64,000 bases of DNA, from the NCBI GenBank assembly GCA_001781205.1, contig MFLE01000025.1, positions 22,914 to 86,913 of the forward strand, read 5' to 3'. Source of the stretch: Candidatus Kaiserbacteria bacterium RIFCSPHIGHO2_02_FULL_49_34 (GTDB taxonomy: Bacteria; Patescibacteriota; Minisyncoccia; Phycocordibacterales; UBA918). The notes under the pieces were generated by a model that was given only the letters and a program-made list of their open reading frames with translations, was not told where the DNA came from and searched no databases. Positions 10,183 through 18,400 of this stretch are shown piece by piece. Within the stretch, counting starts at the first letter, position 1. Each line of letters starts with the position of its first letter. A program made the translations under genes and the position numbers.

Positions 10183-10349
10183 GCGTTAGAGAAGCAGCTT
10201 CTCAGCCTGAATCCCCGGGTCATTTGAAAATATAGTCGCTATGGTTCGAGAGACTCACCATAAATCGCTCCTTGTTTTCATGATGCCCGAGGATGACAAT
10301 TCTTTGAGATCTTTGCTACATAACAAAAAATCCCTTGCGGGATTATTTG

Positions 10350-12314
10350 TTACGCATTTAATGTTGCGTAGCGAGTTGAATCGATGGTGAGCCACCCATG
10401 TTCGGTTGGATACGTACCACGAGCCTTCGCAACAAGTGCGTCAAACATTGCTTTCTGAGCAAATGCAGTGTGTGCAGATGCCTGAATCGCTGCGATAACT
10501 TCGTCAGTGACAAAGATATGCTCTTGTGCGGCGTACTGTGCGAGCGAGAATACTGGCTCTTCTGCAACTGCGCCAAACATCTTTTCGAAGTTGTCGTCAG
10601 TTGGAAGATTTGCAACAGGCAATGCAACAGGTGTTGCAACTGCATGAGAGACATGCGCAACTGATGCTACGGGTGCTGCTGGCGTTTCTACTGCCGCTAC
10701 AAGCGAAGCACCATATTTACGCTGCATAACATAGTATGCAATACCAACTGCCCAAATACCAAGCAAGACATAGAAGAGTACCGTCATGGTCGGACCTGCA
10801 TCGAAACCAGTGTATGGTACGTTTGCAAGCGGCACACGATCAACTGAGATGTCTCCTGAAACGGTAGTGGTATCAACAGAAACTGAACAGGTATCAGAAC
10901 CATTGTTGTTCTGCACCTTCATGGTGTAGGTAACATTTTGGTTTGGAATCACGGTCTGACTGCCACTGTTTGGGCTGCGTGAGGTGTTTGTGTCGGCTGA
11001 AATGATAACGTTACCATACTGGTCACGAATCGTCATTTCTTTTGCGCGAGTGTTGTCCCACGTGAGGAGCACTGGCATACCACGCTTTACCACACGGTCA
11101 GAAACACGGAGGTCACAGATTGGTGCAGATCCTGAAGTTGTAGATTCTCGTTCTACCGTAATAGACTTTGTACACGTATCAACATCACCCTTTGCATTGT
11201 ATGCCTTCATTTTGAAGGTTGTTGAGGTGCGCGGGTAGACAGTGCGTGAACCTGAAGTGTCAGACGTTGAAACAATTGATTCACCGTTGTCATCAGTTAT
11301 CACGACACGTGTTGCATTACTGGTATTCCAAGTAAGCTTCACGCTGTCGCCACGAGTGATTGAGGAATCCGAAATCGTGAGGTGACATACTGGCGCTGAG
11401 ACTGCAGTCTCGGTTACCGTAATTGACTTAGTACACGTATCAACAGCACCTGCTGCGTTATATGCCTTCATAGTGAAGGTTGTTGATGTGCGTGGGTAGA
11501 TTTCGCGTGAACTTGAAACATCAGTCGTTGAAACAATTGTTTCTCCGTTGCCGTCAGTAATGACAACACGTGTTGCGTTTGCACCACCCCATGAAAGGGT
11601 TACTGCATCGCCACGAGTGATTGAGGTATCTGAAAGTGAAAGACTACATACGGGAGCAGGATAGGTTGGAGGAGTCGGCGTTGTTGGTGGAACGTACGTT
11701 GGCGGCTCATAATACCAATCATTGCCGTAATCCCAGTCGTACGTATACGTTACAGGAGCATACGAGTAGCCAGTATTCCAAGAAACTGGTTCGTAAGAAT
11801 ATGACGGAGATTCGTATGACCAGTCGTTCGAACCATAATCATACTCATAATTCCAGTCAGTTGAGCCGTAATCGTAGCTATAATCCCAGCCAGTAGACCC
11901 ATAGTCGTAGGTTGTATTGTAGTCAGTTGAGCCGTAATCGTAGGTTGTATTATATCCCGTTGATCCATAATCATACGTGGTATTGTATCCAGTTGATCCG
12001 TAATCATACGTAGTGTTATAGCCAGTTGAACCATAATCATAGGTCGTGTTGTAACCCGTTGATCCATAATCGTACGTGGTATTGTATCCAGTAGACCCAT
12101 AGTCATACGTGTTGTTATAGCCCGTAGAACCATAATCATAGCTTGTATTGTACCCGGTTGAACCATAGCCGTAGCCATAATCATACCCTGTTGATCCATA
12201 GTCATAGCTATAGTTCCAGTCCCATGCATCCGCACGAACGACACCCGGAAGTGCGAGTGAGACAGTGAGAAGCGCAATAGCAATTCCCGAAGTGATTTTT
12301 GAAATGATGTTCAT
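10350..12314 (-). CDS. large repeat-containing surface protein (signal peptide, Tyr-rich 11-mer repeats, 3 Ig-like repeats, TM anchor, cytoplasmic tail)
   Basis: Start at MNIISKITSGIAIALLTVSLALPGVVRA (cleavable signal peptide). About 12 tandem YDYGSTGYNTT repeats. Pro/Thr linker PPTYVPPTTPTPPTYPAPV. Three ~90-aa homologous modules, each with a Cys pair (C..LS.SD..I.RGD.V.L.W....A...I.D..G..IVS..D.S.SR..YPRTSTTF.MKAYNA.G.VDTCTKSITV). Then TM helix VLFYVLLGIWAVGIAYYVM and a ~130-aa tail. Confidence 0.7.
   Translation of the reverse strand: MNIISKITSGIAIALLTVSLALPGVVRADAWDWNYSYDYGSTGYDYGYGYGSTGYNTSYDYGSTGYNNTYDYGSTGYNTTYDYGSTGYNTTYDYGSTGYNTTYDYGSTGYNTTYDYGSTGYNTTYDYGSTDYNTTYDYGSTGWDYSYDYGSTDWNYEYDYGSNDWSYESPSYSYEPVSWNTGYSYAPVTYTYDWDYGNDWYYEPPTYVPPTTPTPPTYPAPVCSLSLSDTSITRGDAVTLSWGGANATRVVITDGNGETIVSTTDVSSSREIYPRTSTTFTMKAYNAAGAVDTCTKSITVTETAVSAPVCHLTISDSSITRGDSVKLTWNTSNATRVVITDDNGESIVSTSDTSGSRTVYPRTSTTFKMKAYNAKGDVDTCTKSITVERESTTSGSAPICDLRVSDRVVKRGMPVLLTWDNTRAKEMTIRDQYGNVIISADTNTSRSPNSGSQTVIPNQNVTYTMKVQNNNGSDTCSVSVDTTTVSGDISVDRVPLANVPYTGFDAGPTMTVLFYVLLGIWAVGIAYYVMQRKYGASLVAAVETPAAPVASVAHVSHAVATPVALPVANLPTDDNFEKMFGAVAEEPVFSLAQYAAQEHIFVTDEVIAAIQASAHTAFAQKAMFDALVAKARGTYPTEHGWLTIDSTRYATLNA
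11790..12225 (-). repeat. tandem 33-nt coding repeats (YDYGSTGYNTT x ~12) within the surface protein gene
   Basis: Near-identical 33-nt units visible in the nucleotide sequence (…gtagacccatagtcatacgtg(g/t)t(a/g)ttgta…). They encode the Tyr/Gly/Thr-rich 11-mer. Confidence 0.8.
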
Positions 12315-12432
12315 ATATTTTTTTATGTGAGACAATGTCTCATTCTGCCGACAAGCATAATACAGGGACGAATCATTCAAAGAGAATGATTCGTCCATGG
12401 GATATGCATCCCGAAATGTGTATGAAAGGAAC

Positions 12433-12939
12433 TTAACTTTTTTTCTCCGACACCATGAGAATAGCGCGCCCCGGAACCGGAGAACCGATCCGCATGGAGA
12501 CAGCCGCACCGCCCGAAGGCTTCACGGTGATGTTGAGCGGATATTCGCCGACAACATCGCCAGGCACCATTTCAATGGCTTCGCCACCGATAAGATGCAG
12601 GCTTTTGGTTGCCGTGCGACCGGCCGAGGTGACAATCGTCAGCTCGACACGCTCGCTATCACACCACTTCCCTGCAGCCATGGTTTTCTGGACCCAGGCT
12701 TTGAAGCTGGGGTCCTGCATGGGCATCGGTGGCTTGACGGTAACGCAGTGCATCACCAGCGTCATCGGCGGTGCCGCGGGACGTTGTTGTTGCTGTTGCT
12801 GTACCATTTCGACTTGTTGCGGCCCCATGACACCAGTTTGCTGCGATTGCGACCGTTGGGGCGCAGTCGACGAGCAGCCACTGCATGCGGCGAGCAGAAC
12901 GGGGATGGAAGCAATGCAAGCGATTTTTGCGATATTCAT
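12433..12939 (-). CDS. lipoprotein, Gln-rich
   Basis: Signal peptide plus lipobox MNIAKIACIASIPVLLAACSG (LLAAC). Poly-Gln stretch. Sits between the L,D-transpeptidase and surface-protein genes on the same strand. Confidence 0.55.
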   Translation of the reverse strand: MNIAKIACIASIPVLLAACSGCSSTAPQRSQSQQTGVMGPQQVEMVQQQQQQRPAAPPMTLVMHCVTVKPPMPMQDPSFKAWVQKTMAAGKWCDSERVELTIVTSAGRTATKSLHLIGGEAIEMVPGDVVGEYPLNITVKPSGGAAVSMRIGSPVPGRAILMVSEKKS

Positions 12940-12968
12940 GATGAATCTCCAGTGTATGAATGAGAGGA

Positions 12969-13358
12969 TTACTGAACGATAACCGTGTCGCTAAGTTCGG
13001 CAAAGCGAAATGCGAAGAGTGCGTCTTCTGGACTCAGCCGGATACAACCCGCTGATGCAGGATTCCCCGTCGGCCTCCCCAGATGAAGCGCATGGCCTCG
13101 ACTGGTGAAGAAAAGAGAGAAAAGCATCGGCGTACCGTATTCGGATGAAATATGGTGGCGCTTTTTTTTGAGGATCCTGAACACCCCTTTCGGCGTGTCA
13201 TGTCCTTCTCTGCCCGTCGAGACGATACCCGAATGGACACGTTGCTTACCCTCATAGAGAGTAAACGTTTGCGCAGCAAGGTCAATCACAATCGATCGCT
13301 CTGCCGCACTCACGCCACCCGCCAAAAGCAGGAAGCAGAACAGCAGAACAATTTTCAT
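12969..13358 (-). CDS. L,D-transpeptidase (YkuD domain) with signal peptide
   Basis: Catalytic signature H...ASAGCIRL (conserved His and SxGC[IV]R Cys) of L,D-transpeptidases. N-terminal signal peptide MKIVLLFCFLLLAGGVSAA. Confidence 0.8.
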   Translation of the reverse strand: MKIVLLFCFLLLAGGVSAAERSIVIDLAAQTFTLYEGKQRVHSGIVSTGREGHDTPKGVFRILKKKRHHISSEYGTPMLFSLFFTSRGHALHLGRPTGNPASAGCIRLSPEDALFAFRFAELSDTVIVQ

Positions 13359-13491
13359 GCAAGACCTCCGAAGAAGAAAGTTGTCAAAGAATGTTTTTTA
13401 GGGGGAACGAACTTGCCACATTATAAACACATTTCACAAGATTGTCAAGGGTTTCCCCCTCGAAATGCCCGAAAAACCAAAGGTGGAGGCA

Positions 13492-13520
13492 TTGACAAAA
13501 ACATATATAAACCGTATAAA
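13492..13520 (+). promoter_or_regulatory. sigma70-type promoter candidate upstream of gmd (TTGACA-17 nt-TATAAA)
   Basis: Perfect -35 TTGACA, a 17-nt spacer, then TATAAA ~70 nt upstream of the gmd ATG. AGGA RBS precedes the ATG. Confidence 0.5.
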
Positions 13521-13590
13521 TCTATCTAGAGCTCTCATTTCTTTTCATGAGTCACGAGAGATGTCCTGTTCATTTACAAAGGAATATATC

Positions 13591-14625
13591 ATGTCGAAGA
13601 TTGCACTCATTACCGGCATCACCGGTCAAGATGGTTCGTACCTTGCTGAGCTTTTGCTCGAGAAGGGCTACGAGGTCCACGGCATCATTCGCCGCACCAG
13701 CACCGAAGCGGGCAAGTGGCGCATTGCGCACCTTATCGAAAAGAAGGCTATTCATCTGCATTATGGTGATGTGTCCGACAGCCTCAGTGTCTACCGTATC
13801 GTTGCCGAGCTCCAGCCCGATGAGATTTACAATCTCGCGGCACAGAGCCACGTTCGCGATTCGTTCGACATGCCGCAGTACACCCTCTCGGTTGACGGCG
13901 GCGGCGCGCTGCATGTGCTCGAAGCGGTTCGCCTCGCAGGCCTCGCCAAGAAAACGCGCGTCTACCAAGCGTCGACGAGCGAAATTTTTGGCGAAGCACC
14001 TGCTCCGCAAAGCGAAACGACACCCTTCTGGCCTCGCAGCCCCTATGGCTGTGCAAAAGTCTATGCACATTACCTCTCACGGAACTACCGCGAGGCGTAC
14101 GGCATGTTCGTTTGCTCAGGCTTTCTCTTCAACCACGAAAGTGAGCGGCGCGGTGAACTTTTTGTGACCCGCACCATCACGCGTCACGCCGCACGCATCG
14201 CACTCGGTATCGACGACCCAATCCCCTTCAGCAACCCTTCCTCGCGTCGCGACTGGGGCCATGCGAAGGATTTCGTGGTCGCCATGTGGCTCATGCTGCA
14301 GCAAGAAACTCCCGACGACTTTGTTATCGCCACTGGCGAACAGCACAGCAATCGCGAGTTTACCGAACGAGTCTTTGCACTCCTCGGGATTCCTGTGGAG
14401 TGGCGTGATGTGGGTAAAGATGAAATTTGCATTCACGCCAATACCGGCGCGATTGTCGGCTACATCGAACCCTCACTCTACCGTCCGACGGATGTCACCA
14501 ACCTGCACGGCGACGCTACGAAAGCGCGCACCCTGCTCGGCTGGACGCCACACGTCACGTTCGATGAACTCGTTCGCGAAATGACATTCGCTGATCTCGA
14601 ACGTACCAAGAACGGCATCATCTAA
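13591..14625 (+). CDS. gmd: GDP-mannose 4,6-dehydratase
   Basis: MSKIALITGITGQDGSYLAELLLEKGYEVHGIIRR is nearly identical to the Gmd consensus N-terminus. Full-length SDR. Confidence 0.95.
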   Translation: MSKIALITGITGQDGSYLAELLLEKGYEVHGIIRRTSTEAGKWRIAHLIEKKAIHLHYGDVSDSLSVYRIVAELQPDEIYNLAAQSHVRDSFDMPQYTLSVDGGGALHVLEAVRLAGLAKKTRVYQASTSEIFGEAPAPQSETTPFWPRSPYGCAKVYAHYLSRNYREAYGMFVCSGFLFNHESERRGELFVTRTITRHAARIALGIDDPIPFSNPSSRRDWGHAKDFVVAMWLMLQQETPDDFVIATGEQHSNREFTERVFALLGIPVEWRDVGKDEICIHANTGAIVGYIEPSLYRPTDVTNLHGDATKARTLLGWTPHVTFDELVREMTFADLERTKNGII

Positions 14626-14674
14626 ACTGGACGGCGAGGTTCGCCTCGCCGCACTCTTTTCTAAGGAGTAATTC

Positions 14675-15619
14675 ATGAACAAAAATGCAAAGATTTTTGT
14701 CGCTGGGCACAACGGCCTCGTCGGCAGCGCCATCGTGCGCGAACTCGAAAGGCAAGGCTACACCGACATCTGCACAGCAACGCGCGACGAGCTCGACCTC
14801 ACGGACACCCATGAGGTCCTGAAATATTTTGCTACACAGAAACCAACTCACGTCTTTCTCGCCGCAGCAAAAGTTGGCGGCATTACTGCCAACAACACCT
14901 TCCCTGCTGACTTCATTCTGGACAACCTGCGGATTCAGACGAACGTCATCGATGCGAGTCGCTGGTTCGAGGTTGAAAAACTCCTCTTCCTCGGCTCGTC
15001 CTGCATCTATCCGAAGCTCTGCCCACAACCCATCAAGGAAGAATACCTGATGACGGGGCCGCTTGAGCCGACAAACGATGCCTATGCGATAGCAAAAATC
15101 GCCGGCATCAAAATGTGCGATGCCTACCGTGCGCAGTATGGATGTAATTTCATTTCTGCGATGCCTACCAATATCTATGGCAGAGGAGACAACTTCCATC
15201 CGACAAACAGCCATGCGATTCCGCAAATCATGCGCAAATTGCACGAAGCGAAAATCGCTGATGCCTTTGAAGTCCGCGGATTCGCCGACGGTTCTCCGCT
15301 GCGTGAATTTCTCTACGTCGACGACCTCGCGCGCGCGTGCTTGCATCTCATGCAGCACTACGATGAGCCCGGGCCGATTAACGTTGGTACCGGTATTGAC
15401 TACACCATGCGCGAAACCATCATGCTCATTGCGCAGATTGTCGACTACAAGGGAAACATCATCTTCGATGGCAATATCCCGAACGGCACTCCACGCAAGG
15501 TCCTCGACGTCTCCCGCATCCACGCCCTCGGCTGGCACCACGAAGAAATGCTCGAAGAAGGCCTCCGCAAAACCTACGACTGGTTCTGCAAAACCCCCGA
15601 CGCAAGCAAGCGCATGTAA
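14675..15619 (+). CDS. fcl: GDP-L-fucose synthase (GDP-4-keto-6-deoxymannose 3,5-epimerase/4-reductase)
   Basis: KIFVAGHNGLVGSAIVRELERQGY...FLAAAKVGGITANNTFPADFI...LFLGSSCIYPK...PTN..YAIAKIAGIKMC matches E. coli Fcl/WcaG along its length. Confidence 0.95.
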   Translation: MNKNAKIFVAGHNGLVGSAIVRELERQGYTDICTATRDELDLTDTHEVLKYFATQKPTHVFLAAAKVGGITANNTFPADFILDNLRIQTNVIDASRWFEVEKLLFLGSSCIYPKLCPQPIKEEYLMTGPLEPTNDAYAIAKIAGIKMCDAYRAQYGCNFISAMPTNIYGRGDNFHPTNSHAIPQIMRKLHEAKIADAFEVRGFADGSPLREFLYVDDLARACLHLMQHYDEPGPINVGTGIDYTMRETIMLIAQIVDYKGNIIFDGNIPNGTPRKVLDVSRIHALGWHHEEMLEEGLRKTYDWFCKTPDASKRM

Positions 15620-15699
15620 CTAAAATTCCTTTTGAACATTTTCAAACCCTCCCCGCCCACCGGGGAGTTTTCTTTTATATGTAGAGATCCAAGCAAAGA

Positions 15700-15742
15700 A
15701 AAACCGCCAGAGGTCTTGCGACATGGCGGTAGTATATTTTTT
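15700..15742. terminator. bidirectional rho-independent terminator (copy 1 of a duplicated ~48-bp module)
   Basis: accgcca...tggcggt stem with T-tracts on both sides. The same module recurs at 16385-16427. Confidence 0.6.
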
Positions 15743-15812
15743 GCGCATGGTAATTACATTACCCACACAGCATCAAACAATGATACGCCCTCCCAGTTCC
15801 TGACGGGCGGTG

Positions 15813-16232
15813 TTAGTCGCCTAAGATGGAACGGACAGCTTCGGTTCGTGAGTGTTCGCATGTGAGATGAAGCCTGATCTTCACATTGAACGTGGACGCC
15901 ATTCCCCCGGCAAGTTCTTGGACCTGCGCGAGATTCTCGCGACCATGTAGCTCAAAGATCCAATCCCCTTCAGTGGCGTTGCGCAGAGAGTCTTTGAACC
16001 AGATAGTTCCGAGAAACTTCCGCCGAGGCTGTACCGTGATAAGGCCGAAAAAATATTCCTTCGGCACCGCGCCAGGAATCTTCTGTAAGATGCCAAGGCT
16101 GTCAGTTACTTTCAGCGGAGCTCCTGCGATGCCAGAACTGGTGGCAAGGTCGAAGCCTTTTGCGAGAAGGAACTCTCCAGCTTTAATCGAGACATGCTCA
16201 GCATAATCAACAAGCGATACATTCGCGTTCAT
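15813..16232 (-). CDS. hypothetical protein (paralog of 22028..22450)
   Basis: Start at MNANVSLVD with GGAG 7 nt upstream. ~50% identical to the product of 22028..22450 (HVSIK.G.FL..KGFDL...G.A.P.LKVT.S.GILQK......YFFGLIT...QPRR.FLGTIWFKD.......W...L.GRENL...Q.LAG.M.S.FNV.IR..L..EHSR.E). Confidence 0.55.
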   Translation of the reverse strand: MNANVSLVDYAEHVSIKAGEFLLAKGFDLATSSGIAGAPLKVTDSLGILQKIPGAVPKEYFFGLITVQPRRKFLGTIWFKDSLRNATEGDWIFELHGRENLAQVQELAGGMASTFNVKIRLHLTCEHSRTEAVRSILGD

Positions 16233-16384
16233 GGTCACACTCCGTAAGGTACAATCAGTTGTATTAAACCAACATGATTTAATAGTAATGCTATTAATGC
16301 CACAACAGACACAGGGTGTCAAATACCTTTCTCTTATTATCTCTCTCGCAATGTCGTATTCCAGAGTTTCTTCCAAGCAAAGAA

Positions 16385-16427
16385 AAACCGCCAGAGGTCT
16401 TGCGACATGGCGGTAGAATATTTTGTG
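16385..16427. terminator. bidirectional terminator (copy 2 of the duplicated module)
   Basis: 45/48 nt identical to 15697-15744. Hairpin with T-tracts on both strands. Confidence 0.55.
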
Positions 16428-16455
16428 TGTCTAAAATTTAGTTGAGTACACGACC

Positions 16456-16806
16456 CTAGCAAATAGAGCGACTAGAGCTACCTTCGAGCTGTTTCTCGAG
16501 TAGTGCGATGTACGCTTCTACCTCCTTGAGTTCACCGCTACTGAGCGCCGAATTATGGACAGTAAGCGAAAGCTGCTTCGGCTTCTTCCGCTCGACATCA
16601 ACGTACGCCAACACTTTCTTACTAGTGAGAGGAAAGGACGAGAACGCTTGATACAGATTAACGCGCCAGCCAACATTTATTTCCTCATGCTCCAAATAGA
16701 GCTTCGGTGCGCGCAGAGCTTGACGACGTGCGCGCACCGCACTCTCGAGTATTTTGTCGACAGAGTGCGTTACGACATCATGATCAATTACTTGAGTTGT
16801 TGTCAC
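16456..16806 (-). CDS. hypothetical protein
   Basis: 116-aa ORF immediately upstream (same strand) of the small paralog gene. No recognisable motifs. Confidence 0.4.
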   Translation of the reverse strand: MTTTQVIDHDVVTHSVDKILESAVRARRQALRAPKLYLEHEEINVGWRVNLYQAFSSFPLTSKKVLAYVDVERKKPKQLSLTVHNSALSSGELKEVEAYIALLEKQLEGSSSRSIC

Positions 16807-16965
16807 GATACATCTCCTTACTTTTTAAGGCATGCATGTAGGAACGAAAACATCTAACATTCTGATACTGCCACACGAGATACTTAGTGTCAATACCACT
16901 TTCTTTACTATCTATGTAATTATCGTATCAACCTCGTTCACAAGATCTTTTACAAGGAGAACATC

Positions 16966-18330
16966 ATGACTCGCATATTCCAGGCAATTATGTGTGGCGG
17001 TGAGGGTAAGCGCCTTTGGCCGCTTTCTCGCCGGAGCTTTCCGAAGTACTACGTGCCACTTGCTGATGGCGAATCGCTGTTTCAAAAGGCGTTTCGTCGC
17101 GCGCTGCGCACGTCGACTGTTGAGGATATCCTCCTCATTACCACCGACGTCAACAAACACAACGCGCTCAAGCAGGCTCGTGCCATCATCCCCGCCTTCC
17201 CGCAGGAAGGCCTCATCATCCGACCCGACGGCAAGGAAACCTTTGCCACCATGGCATGCGCCCTCGCAACCATGATCGACCGCAACGCATCCGCCGAATC
17301 GATCTTGGTGTGTGCACCGGCCGACCATGTCATTCACGATGTCGCTTCCTATGGTGACGTCCTGCACACTGCAGCGCTCGTTGCCCGTGACCACTACGTT
17401 GTCATCGGCATTCCACCCACTGAGCCGTCGAGCGATTTCGGCTACATCGAGTGCGACCTGCAAGAACCGCAGGTCGTCACCCGCTTCACCGAAAAGCCCG
17501 ACCGCGAAACCGCCGAGAGCTTCATCGCTTCCGGTAACTATCTCTGGAATGCTGGTTTTCACATCGGCAGCCTCGAGACGTTCATGCGCGAAATCCGCCT
17601 GAACGAACCCGCAGCTCACGACATCATCGCAGGAGGAATGCGCAGCGTTATCAAAAACTTTGACGCACTACCCGAGAAGTCCATCGACTACACCGTCGCG
17701 GAAAAAGCTTCCTCGATGCGTGTCGTCCGCGCAACGTTCGACTGGGACGACCTCGGCGACCTTGCGTCGTTTATCCCCGCACGCGGCAAAGAGCAACGCA
17801 TTGCTTCGTTCGATTCGTCGAATGTAAATGCATGCGTTGACGGCAAACTTGTTGTCGCCATCGGCGTAAGCGACCTCATCGTCGTTGATGGGCAAGACAC
17901 GCTGCTCGTGATCCACAAGGACGCCGTCAGTAAACTCTCGAAAGCCGTCGACACACTTCGTAAAGAAGGTCACCCCGAAGCCGACCACCACTTCCGTGGC
18001 TATCGCCCGTGGGGTATCTACGAAGTGCTCGAAGAAGGCACGGGATACAAGGTGAAGAAAATCACCGTCACCCCCGGCTGCGCAAGCTCGCTGCAATCGC
18101 ATAGCAAACGTGCAGAGCATTGGGTAGTCGTCTCAGGTATTGCGCACGTGGTGCTCGGTGGCGAACATCGTCTCCTGCACCCGAACGAAAGCCTGTACAT
18201 TCCCATCGGCGAGAAACACCGCATCGAAAACCCGAGCACGACACCGCTCGTACTCATTGAAGTACAAACCGGTTCATATCTCGGCGAGGACGACATTGTG
18301 CGGCACGAGGATAATTTCGGCCGTGCATAA
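16966..18330 (+). CDS. manC: mannose-1-phosphate guanylyltransferase / mannose-6-phosphate isomerase (type II PMI-GMP)
   Basis: N-terminal nucleotidyltransferase fold (IMCGGEGKRLWPLSRRSFPK). C-terminal cupin GYRPWGIYEVLEEG.GYKVKKITV.PG...SLQSHSKRAEHWVVVSG typical of ManC/CpsB. AAGGAG RBS. Confidence 0.9.
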   Translation: MTRIFQAIMCGGEGKRLWPLSRRSFPKYYVPLADGESLFQKAFRRALRTSTVEDILLITTDVNKHNALKQARAIIPAFPQEGLIIRPDGKETFATMACALATMIDRNASAESILVCAPADHVIHDVASYGDVLHTAALVARDHYVVIGIPPTEPSSDFGYIECDLQEPQVVTRFTEKPDRETAESFIASGNYLWNAGFHIGSLETFMREIRLNEPAAHDIIAGGMRSVIKNFDALPEKSIDYTVAEKASSMRVVRATFDWDDLGDLASFIPARGKEQRIASFDSSNVNACVDGKLVVAIGVSDLIVVDGQDTLLVIHKDAVSKLSKAVDTLRKEGHPEADHHFRGYRPWGIYEVLEEGTGYKVKKITVTPGCASSLQSHSKRAEHWVVVSGIAHVVLGGEHRLLHPNESLYIPIGEKHRIENPSTTPLVLIEVQTGSYLGEDDIVRHEDNFGRA

Positions 18331-18347
18331 GTTCTCTTTGTTCTCAC

Positions 18348-18377
18348 AACCCCGCTTCGCGCGGGGTTATTTTTTTA
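18348..18377 (+). terminator. rho-independent terminator after manC
   Basis: aaccccgcttcgcgcggggtt hairpin followed by atttttttat. Confidence 0.7.
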
Positions 18378-18400
18378 TCTCGTCATGGTATCATGCGACA

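Noticed and set aside
10700-10830. Sortase (LPXTG) anchoring of the large surface protein because of the sequence VPYTGFDAG before the TM helix
   Set aside because: The motif is not LPXTG, and the C-terminal tail after the TM helix is ~130 aa rather than a short basic stop-transfer. It was called a transmembrane anchor instead.
12397-13003. Plus-strand ORFs 12397..12963, 12455..12982 and minus ORF 12659..13003
   Set aside because: They overlap the minus-strand lipoprotein gene (clear signal peptide plus lipobox) in other frames, have no RBS and no recognisable motifs. High-GC frame artefacts.
13547-14167. Alternative-frame ORFs over gmd/fcl/manC (e.g. 13547..14167, 14618..15541, 16912..17619)
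   Set aside because: Overlapped by genes with near-consensus protein sequences. Arg/Ala-rich composition typical of out-of-frame GC-rich DNA.
18140-18400. Longer 383-aa version of the fucosyltransferase starting at 18140
   Set aside because: The extension would read through the manC terminator hairpin (18348-18377) and precedes the conserved GT11 N-terminal motif by 87 non-conserved residues. The ATG at 18401 (MQKTVIVKLKGGMGNQMFQYA) fits the family.
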